From an uncultured Bacteroidota bacterium (GTDB lineage: Bacteria > Bacteroidota > Bacteroidia > Chitinophagales > Chitinophagaceae): a DNA stretch of 64,000 nucleotides. Within the stretch, counting starts at the first letter, position 1. Each line of letters opens with the position of its first letter. Below, piece after piece: positions 39,712-49,346 of the stretch. The notes beneath the pieces were generated by a model. It was given only the letters and a program-made list of their open reading frames with translations, had not been told where the DNA came from and made no database searches. A program made the translations under genes and the position numbers. The DNA lies in assembly GCA_903853805.1 (NCBI GenBank), contig CAINUN010000103.1, forward strand, positions 5,243 to 69,242. Direction: 5' to 3'.

Positions 39712-40122
39712 TTATGCTAATGTAGCTTCAAGCGTAACCTCGCAATTATAGGCTTTAGAAACCGGGCAGTTTGCCTTGGCTTCATTGGCTAATTCCATAA
39801 ATTTTGCAGCATCAATGCCTGGCACTTTTGCGCTTACGGTCAATTCGCTTTTTGTGATTACACCTGCTTCTAAATGGATGCCACAAGTGGTATTGATTTC
39901 ATCGGCAGTAAAGCCAGCTGCGTTAAGCACAAAAGAAAGCTTCATAGAGAAACAACCTGCGTGGGCTGCTGCCATCAGTTCTTCAGGGTTGGTGCCAATG
40001 CCGTCTTCAAAACGGGTTTTGTAAGAATATTGGGCGTTGCTCATTACACCGCTTTGGGTGCTCATGGTTCCGTTGCCTTCTTTGCCGGTGCCGTTCCAAA
40101 CGGCTGTTGCGTTGCGTTTCAT
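39712..40122 (-). CDS. osmC: OsmC-family peroxiredoxin
   Basis: The NPEELMAAAHAGCF...ANCPVS two-Cys OsmC pattern. 136 aa. Confidence 0.85.
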   Translation of the reverse strand: MKRNATAVWNGTGKEGNGTMSTQSGVMSNAQYSYKTRFEDGIGTNPEELMAAAHAGCFSMKLSFVLNAAGFTADEINTTCGIHLEAGVITKSELTVSAKVPGIDAAKFMELANEAKANCPVSKAYNCEVTLEATLA

Positions 40123-40164
40123 TCTTTTATTTGATTTTAGTAGTTAACTATTTGATGAAAAAAA

Positions 40165-40665
40165 TTATTGAGGTAAATCGTTTTGCATGTCATGAACCTT
40201 TTGCAGGTTCTTGGCTTTATAAGCTTTTAGTTTTTCTTGCAGACTTTCGTCAGCTATTGAGAGCATTTGCACCGCTAAAAGTCCGGCATTGAGGGCAGCA
40301 TTGACTGCTACTGTTGCCACCGGCACACCATTCGGCATTTGCACAATCGACAACAAAGAATCCCAACCATCAATAGAATTTGAAGACTTTACAGGCACAC
40401 CAATTACAGGTAAGGTAGTGATAGCTGCCACCATTCCTGGAAGATGTGCTGCCCCACCCGCGCCTGCAATAATCACTTTCAATCCACGAGTCTGTGCTTC
40501 GCTTGCATAATCGAACATCAGCTGCGGACTACGATGTGCTGACACTACCCGAAATTCGCAAGCCACGCCAAACTCTTTTAAAATATCTATTGCGGGTTTC
40601 ATAACAGCAGCATCCGAACTGCTACCCATGATGACGCCTACGATTGGTTGGTTCATTTTATTCAT
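40165..40665 (-). CDS. purE: N5-carboxyaminoimidazole ribonucleotide mutase
   Basis: [10 protein letters not shown]...SAHR.P......[24 protein letters not shown]. Confidence 0.92.
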   Translation of the reverse strand: MNKMNQPIVGVIMGSSSDAAVMKPAIDILKEFGVACEFRVVSAHRSPQLMFDYASEAQTRGLKVIIAGAGGAAHLPGMVAAITTLPVIGVPVKSSNSIDGWDSLLSIVQMPNGVPVATVAVNAALNAGLLAVQMLSIADESLQEKLKAYKAKNLQKVHDMQNDLPQ

Positions 40666-41776
40666 TATTTAAAATATGGCGCACAGTAGTTGCTGTGGCA
40701 ATTGCTGCTTCAATTGATTGGTTTTTGATGGTCACATGACCTAGTTTTCTGCCTGCTTTTTCTTTCTTGCCATACCAATGTACATGCACATCGTTAATTG
40801 CATAAAGAGATTTTACTTGGGCTGAAAGATTACTTCCTGTTTCAGCTTTGCCAATGATATTCACCATCACCGAACCTGCTGTAATAGCTGTTTCGCCCAA
40901 AGGTAAGCCCAATACCGCACGTAGCAATTGTTCGTATTGCGAGGTGATGCAAGCTTCAATCGTATGATGCCCACTGTTATGCGGACGAGGGGCAAGTTCG
41001 TTCACAATTACTTGGTCGTCGAAAGTCACAAACATTTCCACAGCTACAATGCCCACAAGATTCATGGCTTTTGCTACTTGAATGGCAAGGTCATCTGCCG
41101 CACGGCTAACGTTTGGATTTAAATTAACAGGGCACAACTGATAGTCGAGGATGTGTTTTTCTTTATTGAACACCATACTCACCGGGTCATAAAAACGAAT
41201 TTCGCCAGCTTCATTTCTTGCCACCATCACGGCAATTTCTTCTTTGATGGCTACATAATCTTCCAACACACATGGCGCATCAAAAGCATTATCAATATCC
41301 TTTTCACTTCGCAACATCATCACGCCCCGACCATCATAACCATCTCGGCAAAGCTTGAGGCAGGCAGGATAAGATTGGATGGTTGCTTTCAGTGCTTCTT
41401 TAGATGGAATCAAAACGCCCGGAACAACAGCAATATTATTTTCTTGTAAAAAAGTCTTTTGACGCCATTTGTCCTGCACCATTTCAATGTTTTCGGGCGA
41501 AGGAAAAACCTGTTTGCCTTCCTCACGTAGCAGTTTTAAGGCAGCTACATTCACGGCTTCTTTTTCAATGGTAATGACATCTACCCTTCGTCCAAAAGCA
41601 AGCACATCTTCATAATTCAACGGGTCGCCTAACACAAAATCGGAAGCATACATGCGACAAGGCGCTAAAGGGTCGTTTTCGAGCACCGATATAGGAATGC
41701 CCATACCTATTGCACTTTGAATCAACATTGCCCCTAATTGCCCGCCACCAAGAACGCCCAACCTTTTTTGAATCAT
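40658..41776 (-). CDS. purK: N5-carboxyaminoimidazole ribonucleotide synthase
   Basis: ATP-grasp protein: [10 protein letters not shown]...YDGRG...[11 protein letters not shown]. It overlaps purE by 8 nt. Confidence 0.9.
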   Translation of the reverse strand: MIQKRLGVLGGGQLGAMLIQSAIGMGIPISVLENDPLAPCRMYASDFVLGDPLNYEDVLAFGRRVDVITIEKEAVNVAALKLLREEGKQVFPSPENIEMVQDKWRQKTFLQENNIAVVPGVLIPSKEALKATIQSYPACLKLCRDGYDGRGVMMLRSEKDIDNAFDAPCVLEDYVAIKEEIAVMVARNEAGEIRFYDPVSMVFNKEKHILDYQLCPVNLNPNVSRAADDLAIQVAKAMNLVGIVAVEMFVTFDDQVIVNELAPRPHNSGHHTIEACITSQYEQLLRAVLGLPLGETAITAGSVMVNIIGKAETGSNLSAQVKSLYAINDVHVHWYGKKEKAGRKLGHVTIKNQSIEAAIATATTVRHILNNE

Positions 41777-41903
41777 GAAAAATTGTTTCGCGGCAAAAGT
41801 AAGAAAGGAAAAAGAGTTTTAGTTAGATACCGTGTATATCCTTATAGAGTGTAGGTGTTCTCTTTCACATGCACTCATTCCTTTCAAAATCTATCATTCA
41901 ACA

Positions 41904-44276
41904 TCATTCCTTCACCACCTTCACCTTTTCACAAAAATCCCCATCATCATACTGCAATAAATAAACACCTGCTGACAGGTCTTTGACATCTATTACAAAA
42001 TCCTTGTCACCCTGAGCTTGTCGAAGGGCAATCACCGACTTTACCGCCTTACCTTCTATATCTGTAAGCACCAAGCTACCCCCTTTACCAGCATAGTCTT
42101 TAATGCTGACAGTTATTTTATCTTTTGTTGGATTTGGATATACTTTGATTAATGAAGGTATAATTTCATTAAAAATTTGAATACCTACAGGAGGGATATG
42201 ACCTGTACTATCAAAACAAGCAAGAAAAGCATCCCCCCCCCCTCCAAAAACTTTTTGATATGCATTAGAAGTTACAAAGCCTGAATCTGCATCTGTAGAG
42301 CCACCTATGACAATTTTTTGTTTTTTAGAAACTGAGACACTGTTGCTTCCTTCAGAATAAATAGTACCTAAATAGGTACCCCATAAAAATTGACCTGTTT
42401 CACTAAATTTTGCCAAAACAGCATCTATATCACCTGCATTGTTTGTCTGATATGCACCATTTGTTGCAATATTGTTCGTAGATTCAGTAACGCCTGCAAT
42501 GTAAATACAATTGTATTTATCTATACAAATCCCAGGTCCTCCGGGCATTTCAGAACCTGAACCGCCATAATAAGTACACCATATTCTATTACCAAGTGAA
42601 TCAAATTTTGCTAAATAAAAATCTTTAAAACCTCCAAACACAGGTTGATGAGCACCAACTGTTGTAAAGCCAATACTATTGTTACTAGTAACACCAGTAA
42701 CAATAATATTACAATTAGTATCAGTTGTTATTTTTGGACTTGAAATTGCAGTATCTCCAAAGTAGGTACCCCATAATCTATTACCTGATGAAGTAAATCT
42801 TGCAATGAATGCATCACCAACCCCATGTAACGTAGTTTGAAATGCGCCAACAGTAGCAATATTATTCGTAGATTCCGTTAGCCCTGTAATTACAATATTA
42901 TTATTTTTATCAGTAGAAATACCATAACCGATTTCTGTACTATCGCCTCCATAATATGTGCCCCATTGTCTTACACCTGATGAATTAAACTTTACAATAA
43001 ACGCATCCGCAGAATTAGTTCCAGCTTTAACAGTTTGAAAAGCCCCCGGTGTTGCAATACCTGCTAAAGCCCCTGTTTCACCAATAATATAAATATTGTT
43101 CAAAGAGTCTGTTACAATATCTTTTCCATTGGTACCTCCACTACCATAATAGGTAGCCCATTGCAATATTCCATTACTATAAAATTTTGCGATAAAAGCA
43201 TTATTGATGCCTATTAAACTTGTCTGATACGCACCAACTGTAGCAATATTTGAATTTGATTGTGTAGTACCAGTAATGATAATATTATTTTGCTTATCAA
43301 TTGCTAAACCCCATGCGATATCTTGATTGGTACCTCCATAATAAGTTCCCCATAGTTTCTGCCCAGTAGTATCATATTTTGCAATAAATACATCACGACT
43401 CCCGCCTAAAACTGTTTGGTAGGCACCTATTGTAGCAATATTATTTGTAGAATTTGTATATCCAGTACAATAAATATTTTCATTATTATCAAAACTTACA
43501 GCTAATATATCTTCATTATTATTCCCACCCAAGTAAGTAATCCAAGGGTCAATTATCAATGTTTGTGTTTTATCATATTCCTTACATTGAAAACCAAAAC
43601 TATTATTAGTTATTTTTTTGTAAGCAACATGAATACTTTCTTTATTCTCATCAATATAGCTAATCGGTATAGAGTTAGAAATATTACTATTATCAACTGC
43701 AATCAACATACTATTCGAATCAGTAATTGATACCTCAGAACATCCTTTATACTGAAATTTAATGTTGTTAATATTTCCATATGGTTTAATGACAAAAGTA
43801 TATTCTGCCACTTTATTTTTTGCAGAACTTGTGGTAAACACCAAATCAATATTGGGATAAATGTCTTTATATATTATTTTATTATAGCAATTTACGCTTA
43901 TTGTTTTATCAATTAGTCCGCTGGCATTATTTACATAAAAGTTGTTTGTATTCAATAGCCCAAGTGATTCAATAATAGGGCTTTTATTTGCACCCACCAA
44001 CTTTACATCAACTCTATTAATGGTGAAATTATTCTTTTTCAAAGAATCTGCTTTTTGAATTATTTCATAAGAAAAATAATTGTTCATTAATAATAGACTT
44101 ATAGCACCTCTGTTTATTATATACTTTACGTCCTTATTTGGTTTTGAATTTTGGTTAATAATTTGTCCTTTATTTTCTATGAAGCTACTTTCAGTTTTAA
44201 ATGCTCCATAGGACACATAAGCAGTAACTAATTGGAAAAATAGTAGTAAGGAGATTCCTAATAATCTAATTTTCAT
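41904..44276 (-). CDS. SBBP beta-propeller-repeat protein with a T9SS CTD
   Basis: Signal peptide; many 'WGTYYGG...D.A.G...D..NNI..TG.T.S.NNIAT.GA.Q' SBBP-type repeats; CTD VYPNPTKDKITV...GVYLLQY...VKVVKE. Confidence 0.75.
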   Translation of the reverse strand: MKIRLLGISLLLFFQLVTAYVSYGAFKTESSFIENKGQIINQNSKPNKDVKYIINRGAISLLLMNNYFSYEIIQKADSLKKNNFTINRVDVKLVGANKSPIIESLGLLNTNNFYVNNASGLIDKTISVNCYNKIIYKDIYPNIDLVFTTSSAKNKVAEYTFVIKPYGNINNIKFQYKGCSEVSITDSNSMLIAVDNSNISNSIPISYIDENKESIHVAYKKITNNSFGFQCKEYDKTQTLIIDPWITYLGGNNNEDILAVSFDNNENIYCTGYTNSTNNIATIGAYQTVLGGSRDVFIAKYDTTGQKLWGTYYGGTNQDIAWGLAIDKQNNIIITGTTQSNSNIATVGAYQTSLIGINNAFIAKFYSNGILQWATYYGSGGTNGKDIVTDSLNNIYIIGETGALAGIATPGAFQTVKAGTNSADAFIVKFNSSGVRQWGTYYGGDSTEIGYGISTDKNNNIVITGLTESTNNIATVGAFQTTLHGVGDAFIARFTSSGNRLWGTYFGDTAISSPKITTDTNCNIIVTGVTSNNSIGFTTVGAHQPVFGGFKDFYLAKFDSLGNRIWCTYYGGSGSEMPGGPGICIDKYNCIYIAGVTESTNNIATNGAYQTNNAGDIDAVLAKFSETGQFLWGTYLGTIYSEGSNSVSVSKKQKIVIGGSTDADSGFVTSNAYQKVFGGGGDAFLACFDSTGHIPPVGIQIFNEIIPSLIKVYPNPTKDKITVSIKDYAGKGGSLVLTDIEGKAVKSVIALRQAQGDKDFVIDVKDLSAGVYLLQYDDGDFCEKVKVVKE

Positions 44277-44278
44277 GA

Positions 44279-46036
44279 TTATAGTAATATTTTGAATGAG
44301 TTACAGATTTGATAATTTGTTGCACCTTTTCCAAATAAACCATGTTGTACTTTATCAAAATTGAAAGTATAATAAACAGTTTTTTTAAGTAGTCCATTGA
44401 AAAACAAAGAAATAAACCCATCTTTCATTTTTACTTCTAATATAAAAATGTTAGAGTCTCCAATAACAATATTACTTTCTTGGTAAATTGGGGTTATGGT
44501 ATTTCCAACTACTTTTTCAAGTCTTATTTCATGAGTACTATCTTTATAGTAAAAACGCATATAGGTATCTTTATTAGGAATTATAGTATTATCATACCAA
44601 TACCTGAAAGCAATTCCAATGCCATCTCCTGGGTTTGTAACATTAAATTCTGCCTTGAGAGTAGCATTTGAGATAGATGTATCTAAAACTGTCATATTAT
44701 TTTGCCCTCCTATAGCAACAGCCTCTCCACTATTGAGTAAATTCCATTGTCCAATTTTATCTACCCACTGACTACCAAAAACTGTTATATCAGGGGTATG
44801 CCCTTGTAATGGATTGGGATAAGGTAATGTACCAATAAACTCATCTTCCACCAACACCTGCTTCCCCATCTCACTCAATAATGTCCAACCTTTATTTCCA
44901 TTAATACTATTCAATTGGTACTTGTTATCGGCAACACGCGTTTTGTCAATAGCGGTTGTGCCTTGCAATGCTGTTATTGAATTATTAGGGTTACCTTCAG
45001 TAATCCAACTATCACCCGTTGGGTTCATCCCTGTAAGGTAGGAATTTTTTTCTACTGCAATGGTATTGCCAATATTGCTGCCAAATACATTCCCTTTTCC
45101 TATCAGCAGTCTATCCCAATATTGGGGTGAATTGTTAATTAAGATGCCATATTGTATAGTTGGGTTGGCACTCCCTTTTGATTCAATAATGTTGTTGTCT
45201 ATCTTTATGATGCCAACTCTATAACTATTTGAATTATTAAAAACAATGCCTCTATATTCCGATTGTAAATCATCTGTGTTGAGCAAGATATTATTCCCAG
45301 TAATTATTACTTGACCATAGTCTGTTAATTGAAAATCTTGAGGGTTGGCATTTAATAATATTCTTATGCCATAAGTATTGGTAGCTCTTGTGCTAATTTG
45401 ATTATCAACTATCATTACATCATGGCAGTTTTCAAAATTTAAAGCACAATTCACAAATTGATTACTAGTTATTTGAATGTTCTTAGTTGTTTTACTGCTG
45501 TGTGGACTCAAATAAAATCCTTCTTTTGTAGCATCGTCATTATTATTAATAATAATGTTATTGTTAAAAATAATATTGCTATTTGCTTTTTCTCCTTGAA
45601 AAGCATAGCCGGTTCCTCCAAAAACATAATTGTTGCTAAAGGTCATATTATTACAGATAAACATCCAAATACCACCATTAATAATAATATTGTTTGTAAT
45701 GATATAGTCTTGGTCAGTTGCACCCCCATTTTTTCCCATTATCTCTAAAGAATGTTCATGGGGTATAGTCCTTGTAAAAATATTATGGTCTATAATAATT
45801 TTTTTAGGGGTGTTATCATTTTGTCCTCCTGTCGGCTCTTCATCAATATCAACCCCTTTATTATTTTCAAATTTATTTCCAGTTATAGTTATGCCTTCAT
45901 TATCCCGCTGAATGGTCATGCCATTCCCCGCTGTTCCGGATGTTCCGCAGGGCATCTGGAACCAAGGATAAAAACCGGTCTCCTGACCGGACGAATCATG
46001 TTGCTGCTGAATTTTGTAGGCATAGCCCATAAACAT
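44279..46036 (-). CDS. right-handed parallel beta-helix repeat protein with a C-terminal jelly-roll-like domain; no signal peptide detected
   Basis: Periodic 'I.NN.I....' repeats (ITNNIIINGG, IIFNNNIIINN, MIVDNQIS, IITGNNILL, KIDNNIIES). The C-terminal ~190 aa looks beta-sandwich-like. The stop is separated by 2 nt from the start of 41904..44276. Confidence 0.6.
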   Translation of the reverse strand: MFMGYAYKIQQQHDSSGQETGFYPWFQMPCGTSGTAGNGMTIQRDNEGITITGNKFENNKGVDIDEEPTGGQNDNTPKKIIIDHNIFTRTIPHEHSLEIMGKNGGATDQDYIITNNIIINGGIWMFICNNMTFSNNYVFGGTGYAFQGEKANSNIIFNNNIIINNNDDATKEGFYLSPHSSKTTKNIQITSNQFVNCALNFENCHDVMIVDNQISTRATNTYGIRILLNANPQDFQLTDYGQVIITGNNILLNTDDLQSEYRGIVFNNSNSYRVGIIKIDNNIIESKGSANPTIQYGILINNSPQYWDRLLIGKGNVFGSNIGNTIAVEKNSYLTGMNPTGDSWITEGNPNNSITALQGTTAIDKTRVADNKYQLNSINGNKGWTLLSEMGKQVLVEDEFIGTLPYPNPLQGHTPDITVFGSQWVDKIGQWNLLNSGEAVAIGGQNNMTVLDTSISNATLKAEFNVTNPGDGIGIAFRYWYDNTIIPNKDTYMRFYYKDSTHEIRLEKVVGNTITPIYQESNIVIGDSNIFILEVKMKDGFISLFFNGLLKKTVYYTFNFDKVQHGLFGKGATNYQICNSFKILL

Positions 46037-46091
46037 TCAATAAGTATTTGTAAAGTTTTAGGTTTTTTGTAAATGAAAATTATTTTTCGTT

Positions 46092-46475
46092 AAAAAATAT
46101 TAGGCATCTGTTTTCCCTTCACAGAAGGGTTTTTATTCTAGGGTTCAGGATGCGCAAGCTAACATCCTGAACAGCTTCGTACTGTTCGTAAAAATATATT
46201 AGGCATCTGTTTCCCCTTCAAAGAAGGGTTTTTATTCTAGGGTTCGTGGTGCGCAAGCTAACAGCTCAAACAGCTGTGGTGTGCTTTCTTTAAACCTCAA
46301 AAATTTAGGCTAAAATCCTGTTTATCCAAAAATCCTGAAAATCCTGATTCAGACAGTCTCACACAAGCCACAAAATACTCTTATTGATGCAGCATCCGTT
46401 CCCCTTCACAGAAGGGTTTTTTATTCTTGGTCTCGAGGTGCGCTCTGCTAACAGCTCAAAAAGCTGATTGAGCAT
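46092..46475 (+). repeat. three copies of a ~95-99-bp element, each with a terminator-like hairpin
   Basis: Copies at about 46092-46190, 46191-46285 and 46388-46475. They share 'aggcatctgtt(t)(t)cccttcaNagaagggtttttattct.gg.t.....tgcgc..gctaaca'. The 'aggcatctg' anchors lie at 46102 and 46201. Confidence 0.75.
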
Positions 46476-46668
46476 CACTAAAAGCGGGAAGGCTTCAAAT
46501 GAACATAACAAAAAGGTAATGGACTCTCTCTTATTCAATTCAGCATCTTGTTTCGAAAAACAAGTAGCTACCTATTAATGATATTCATAAACAATGGAGG
46601 GCAATAAGCATTGTTTATAATATGCCTAAAGTGCATTTGTGGGTAATGAAACTGCCTTTGCCTCAAAA

Positions 46669-46690
46669 CAGTTAGCATTAATGCTAACTG
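46669..46690. promoter_or_regulatory. perfect 22-bp palindrome (candidate operator)
   Basis: cagttagcattaatgctaactg is identical to its own reverse complement. Confidence 0.6.
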
Positions 46691-46744
46691 CTCTATCATT
46701 TCATTGAAAGACTGATTCATTTGTCTCAATGGCAATAGCCCATG

Positions 46745-46895
46745 AGCTTTCGGCACATTCGGTTATGTCTTCGGCATATGCCATTGAGGCTTCGGCACAT
46801 TCAGTTGAGTCTTCGGCTCATGCCATTGAGGCTTCGGCTCATTAAGTTGTGCTTTCGGCATATGCCATTGAGGCTTCGGCACATGCCATTGAAAC
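46745..46895. repeat. tandem array of 7 units of 21 bp with a GGCAyATGCC palindromic core
   Basis: 'cggc' starts at 46751, 46772, 46793, 46814, 46835, 46856 and 46877, exactly 21 bp apart. The consensus is cttcggcaYatgccattgagg. Confidence 0.9.
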
Positions 46896-46955
46896 AAAAC
46901 AACATGGAGTTGCTTTCGATGCTTTAGTTGTTGTAAAAAGGGTGGATTAAAAAAA

Positions 46956-48101
46956 TCAACAACCCTTCAATCCATGCTCCAAATCAGCCAACATATCTTC
47001 TATGTCTTCAATGCCGCAAGAGAAACGCACCAAACCGTCGGTCAACCCTATTTTTTCTCTTTCTTCTTTAGGAATAGAAGCATGCGTCATGCTAGCAGGA
47101 TGGTCAACCAACGACTCTACCCCACCGAGGCTTTCGGCAAGCGAAAATATTCTTAAAGAAGAAATCATCTTCTTGGCTTCTTCTAAATCGAGGTTGAATT
47201 CAACAGATACAATACCACTAAAGCCTTTCATTTGCTTCCTAGCAATGTCATGGTTTTTATGCGATGCCAATCCAGGATAATAGACTTTCTTCACTTTAGG
47301 ATGTGCTTCGAGGAACTGCGCCACTTTCATGGCATTCTCCGCATGACGCTCCATACGAACGCCCAAGGTTTTCACACTGCGGGAAGTCATCCACACATCA
47401 AAAGGACTAGGGTTCAAGCCAATTGCCATTCTTCCAAAATCGAATTTCACTTTGAGGTCTTGGTCGTTAGTAACGAGCACACCACCAATTGTATCGGAAT
47501 GACCGCCAAGGTATTTGGTTGTACTGTGCATCACCACATCGGCACCCAAAGTCAAAGGTTGTTGGAAGTAAGGCGAAGCAAAAGTATTATCCACCACAAG
47601 CAATACACCATTTGCTTTGCAGAGTTGGGCAATTGCTTCGATGTCGGAGATGTTGAGTAAAGGATTGGTTGGACTTTCTACTAGCATCACTTTCGGTTTT
47701 TCGGAAGCAATCTTAGAAGCCAACAATTCCAAATCCTGTGTATTCACCGTTTCAAACAAAATACCATATTGCTTGAACACACGGGTAAATAACCGATAAG
47801 TGCCGCCATAAAGGTCGTTGGTAGAAAGCACTTTATCGCCCGAAACCAAAGTAGAAATCAAGGCAGTGAATGCACTCAAACCCGAAGCAAATACCGTTGC
47901 ATAATTGCCTTCTTCAAGAGAGGCTAAAGTAGCTTCGAGGTTGGTATAATTGGGGTTGCCTGCTCGGGTATAATCATAACCCTTTGTCATGCCCGGGTGT
48001 TCCTGAACATAAGTTGAAGTCATGTAGATAGGCGGAATAATCGCACCTGTTTCTTTATCAGGATGTTGCCCGTTGTGTATGGCTTTGGTATTGAATTTCA
48101 T
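46956..48101 (-). CDS. PLP-dependent transsulfuration enzyme (cystathionine gamma-lyase / gamma-synthase family)
   Basis: Cys/Met-metabolism PLP family: YTRAGNPN...DNTFASPY...HSTTKYLGGHSD (PLP Lys). Confidence 0.85.
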   Translation of the reverse strand: MKFNTKAIHNGQHPDKETGAIIPPIYMTSTYVQEHPGMTKGYDYTRAGNPNYTNLEATLASLEEGNYATVFASGLSAFTALISTLVSGDKVLSTNDLYGGTYRLFTRVFKQYGILFETVNTQDLELLASKIASEKPKVMLVESPTNPLLNISDIEAIAQLCKANGVLLVVDNTFASPYFQQPLTLGADVVMHSTTKYLGGHSDTIGGVLVTNDQDLKVKFDFGRMAIGLNPSPFDVWMTSRSVKTLGVRMERHAENAMKVAQFLEAHPKVKKVYYPGLASHKNHDIARKQMKGFSGIVSVEFNLDLEEAKKMISSLRIFSLAESLGGVESLVDHPASMTHASIPKEEREKIGLTDGLVRFSCGIEDIEDMLADLEHGLKGC

Positions 48102-48119
48102 GTGTATTGTTTGATAAGC

Positions 48120-49094
48120 TTATAGTGAAAAACCTTTTTCTTTCATCCATTCGTCGTTGTACATCTTCGACAAATATTTAGCGCCATTGTCAGGGATTAC
48201 GGTAACGATTACAGCAGGTTCTGTCAAACGAGAAGCGAGTTGCAAAGCAGCCCATACATTCGCACCACCGGTTCCGCCACCGATAATACCTTCTTCACGC
48301 GCTAGTCTTCTTGCAGTAGAAAAAGCATTTTCATCATTGAACTGAATCATATCGTTCACCATTTCAAAATTCATGGCTTTGGTGAGGTGGTCTTCCCCTA
48401 CTCCTTCCACAAAATAGCTGCAAGAACCATCTAAATTAATTTCTCCTGTTCGGAAATAATTATAGAAGATAGAACCAAACGGATCAGGCATGAAAGAGAA
48501 TACATTCGGGTTTTGTTCTTTTAGGTATTTGCTGATACCACTGATAGTGCCACCTGTACTTCCGGCTGCGACAAAATGCGTGACACGACCATTAGTTTGT
48601 TGCCAAATCTCAGGACCTGTAGAAAGATAATGTGCTTCAGGATTTAAAGGATTATCATATTGATTGATGCGGAAACTATTCGGTGTTTCGGCAGCAATGC
48701 GTTTAGCAGTATTTACATAATGCAAAGGGTCATCGGGCAAAGCTGATGTAGGCGTAACCACTATCTCCGCACCAAAAGCTTTGAGCGCATTTTGTTTTTC
48801 TATACTCACTTTATCGGGCATAGTAAGGATGACTTTATAGCCTTTGATAGCGCCAATCATGGCTGCAGCTGCACCTGTATTTCCGGAGGTATTTTCAACA
48901 ATCGTTCCACCGGGCTTCAACAAGCCATTCTTTTCCGCATCGTTGATGATGTGGTTGACGATGCGGTCTTTGATACTACCGCTCGGATTCATAAACTCCA
49001 ACTTCACCCAAATCTCCACGTTCTTGAAAGGGTTAATTTTTTGGAGTTTCACCAAGGGTGTGTTGCCTATTTTATCGAGAATAAATCCTTCCAT
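48120..49094 (-). CDS. PLP-dependent cysteine synthase / cystathionine beta-synthase-like enzyme
   Basis: IGNTPLV...NPSGSIKDR (PLP Lys)...TSGNTG...GTGGT. It has no C-terminal CBS pair. Confidence 0.8.
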   Translation of the reverse strand: MEGFILDKIGNTPLVKLQKINPFKNVEIWVKLEFMNPSGSIKDRIVNHIINDAEKNGLLKPGGTIVENTSGNTGAAAAMIGAIKGYKVILTMPDKVSIEKQNALKAFGAEIVVTPTSALPDDPLHYVNTAKRIAAETPNSFRINQYDNPLNPEAHYLSTGPEIWQQTNGRVTHFVAAGSTGGTISGISKYLKEQNPNVFSFMPDPFGSIFYNYFRTGEINLDGSCSYFVEGVGEDHLTKAMNFEMVNDMIQFNDENAFSTARRLAREEGIIGGGTGGANVWAALQLASRLTEPAVIVTVIPDNGAKYLSKMYNDEWMKEKGFSL

Positions 49095-49346
49095 TATTTT
49101 ATTATTTTAGATTGAGGTAGCAAACTTAAAATAATTGTGTAGAAGTTTAATAAAAGTTAGCAGATTGATGTTTGTCAATTCTTCATTCCTGTTTAGGTTA
49201 TGTAGTTGTTGGGGCTACATTTTGCAAATTTCATGATTAGAACCAAAGTACCTACCCTCCTTGCCAATCTGTTTATTGCAGAAGCTATATGTTGTTGCTT
49301 TAAAAAACAAGCTACCTTTGAATAACCTTTTCCTTACCTCTATTAG

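Noticed and set aside
41991-42030. 'ttgtcaccctgagcttgtcgaagggc' inside the SBBP protein's CTD (translating as ALRQAQGDK) resembles a dispersed Bacteroidota repeat motif, suggesting a REP insertion into coding sequence
   Set aside because: The CTD length (~80 aa) and strand pattern look normal with this segment included, and there is no frame disruption. A single short resemblance is not enough evidence.
44279-46036. The beta-helix protein as a prophage tailspike
   Set aside because: No phage structural, integrase or lysis genes lie nearby, and the neighbouring genes are chromosomal (purK/purE, transsulfuration).
46568-46927. ORFs 46568..46756 (-) and 46742..46927 (+)
   Set aside because: They are repeat-derived reading frames (the MPLRLRH.. 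heptads come from the 21-bp array), with no family resemblance and no start signals.
49095-49346. Possible SAM or other riboswitch in the leader of the transsulfuration pair (48120..49094 / 46956..48101)
   Set aside because: Reading the minus-strand leader, I found none of the conserved SAM-I core segments and no convincing multi-helix junction. Only a covariance-model scan (Infernal/Rfam) could settle this.
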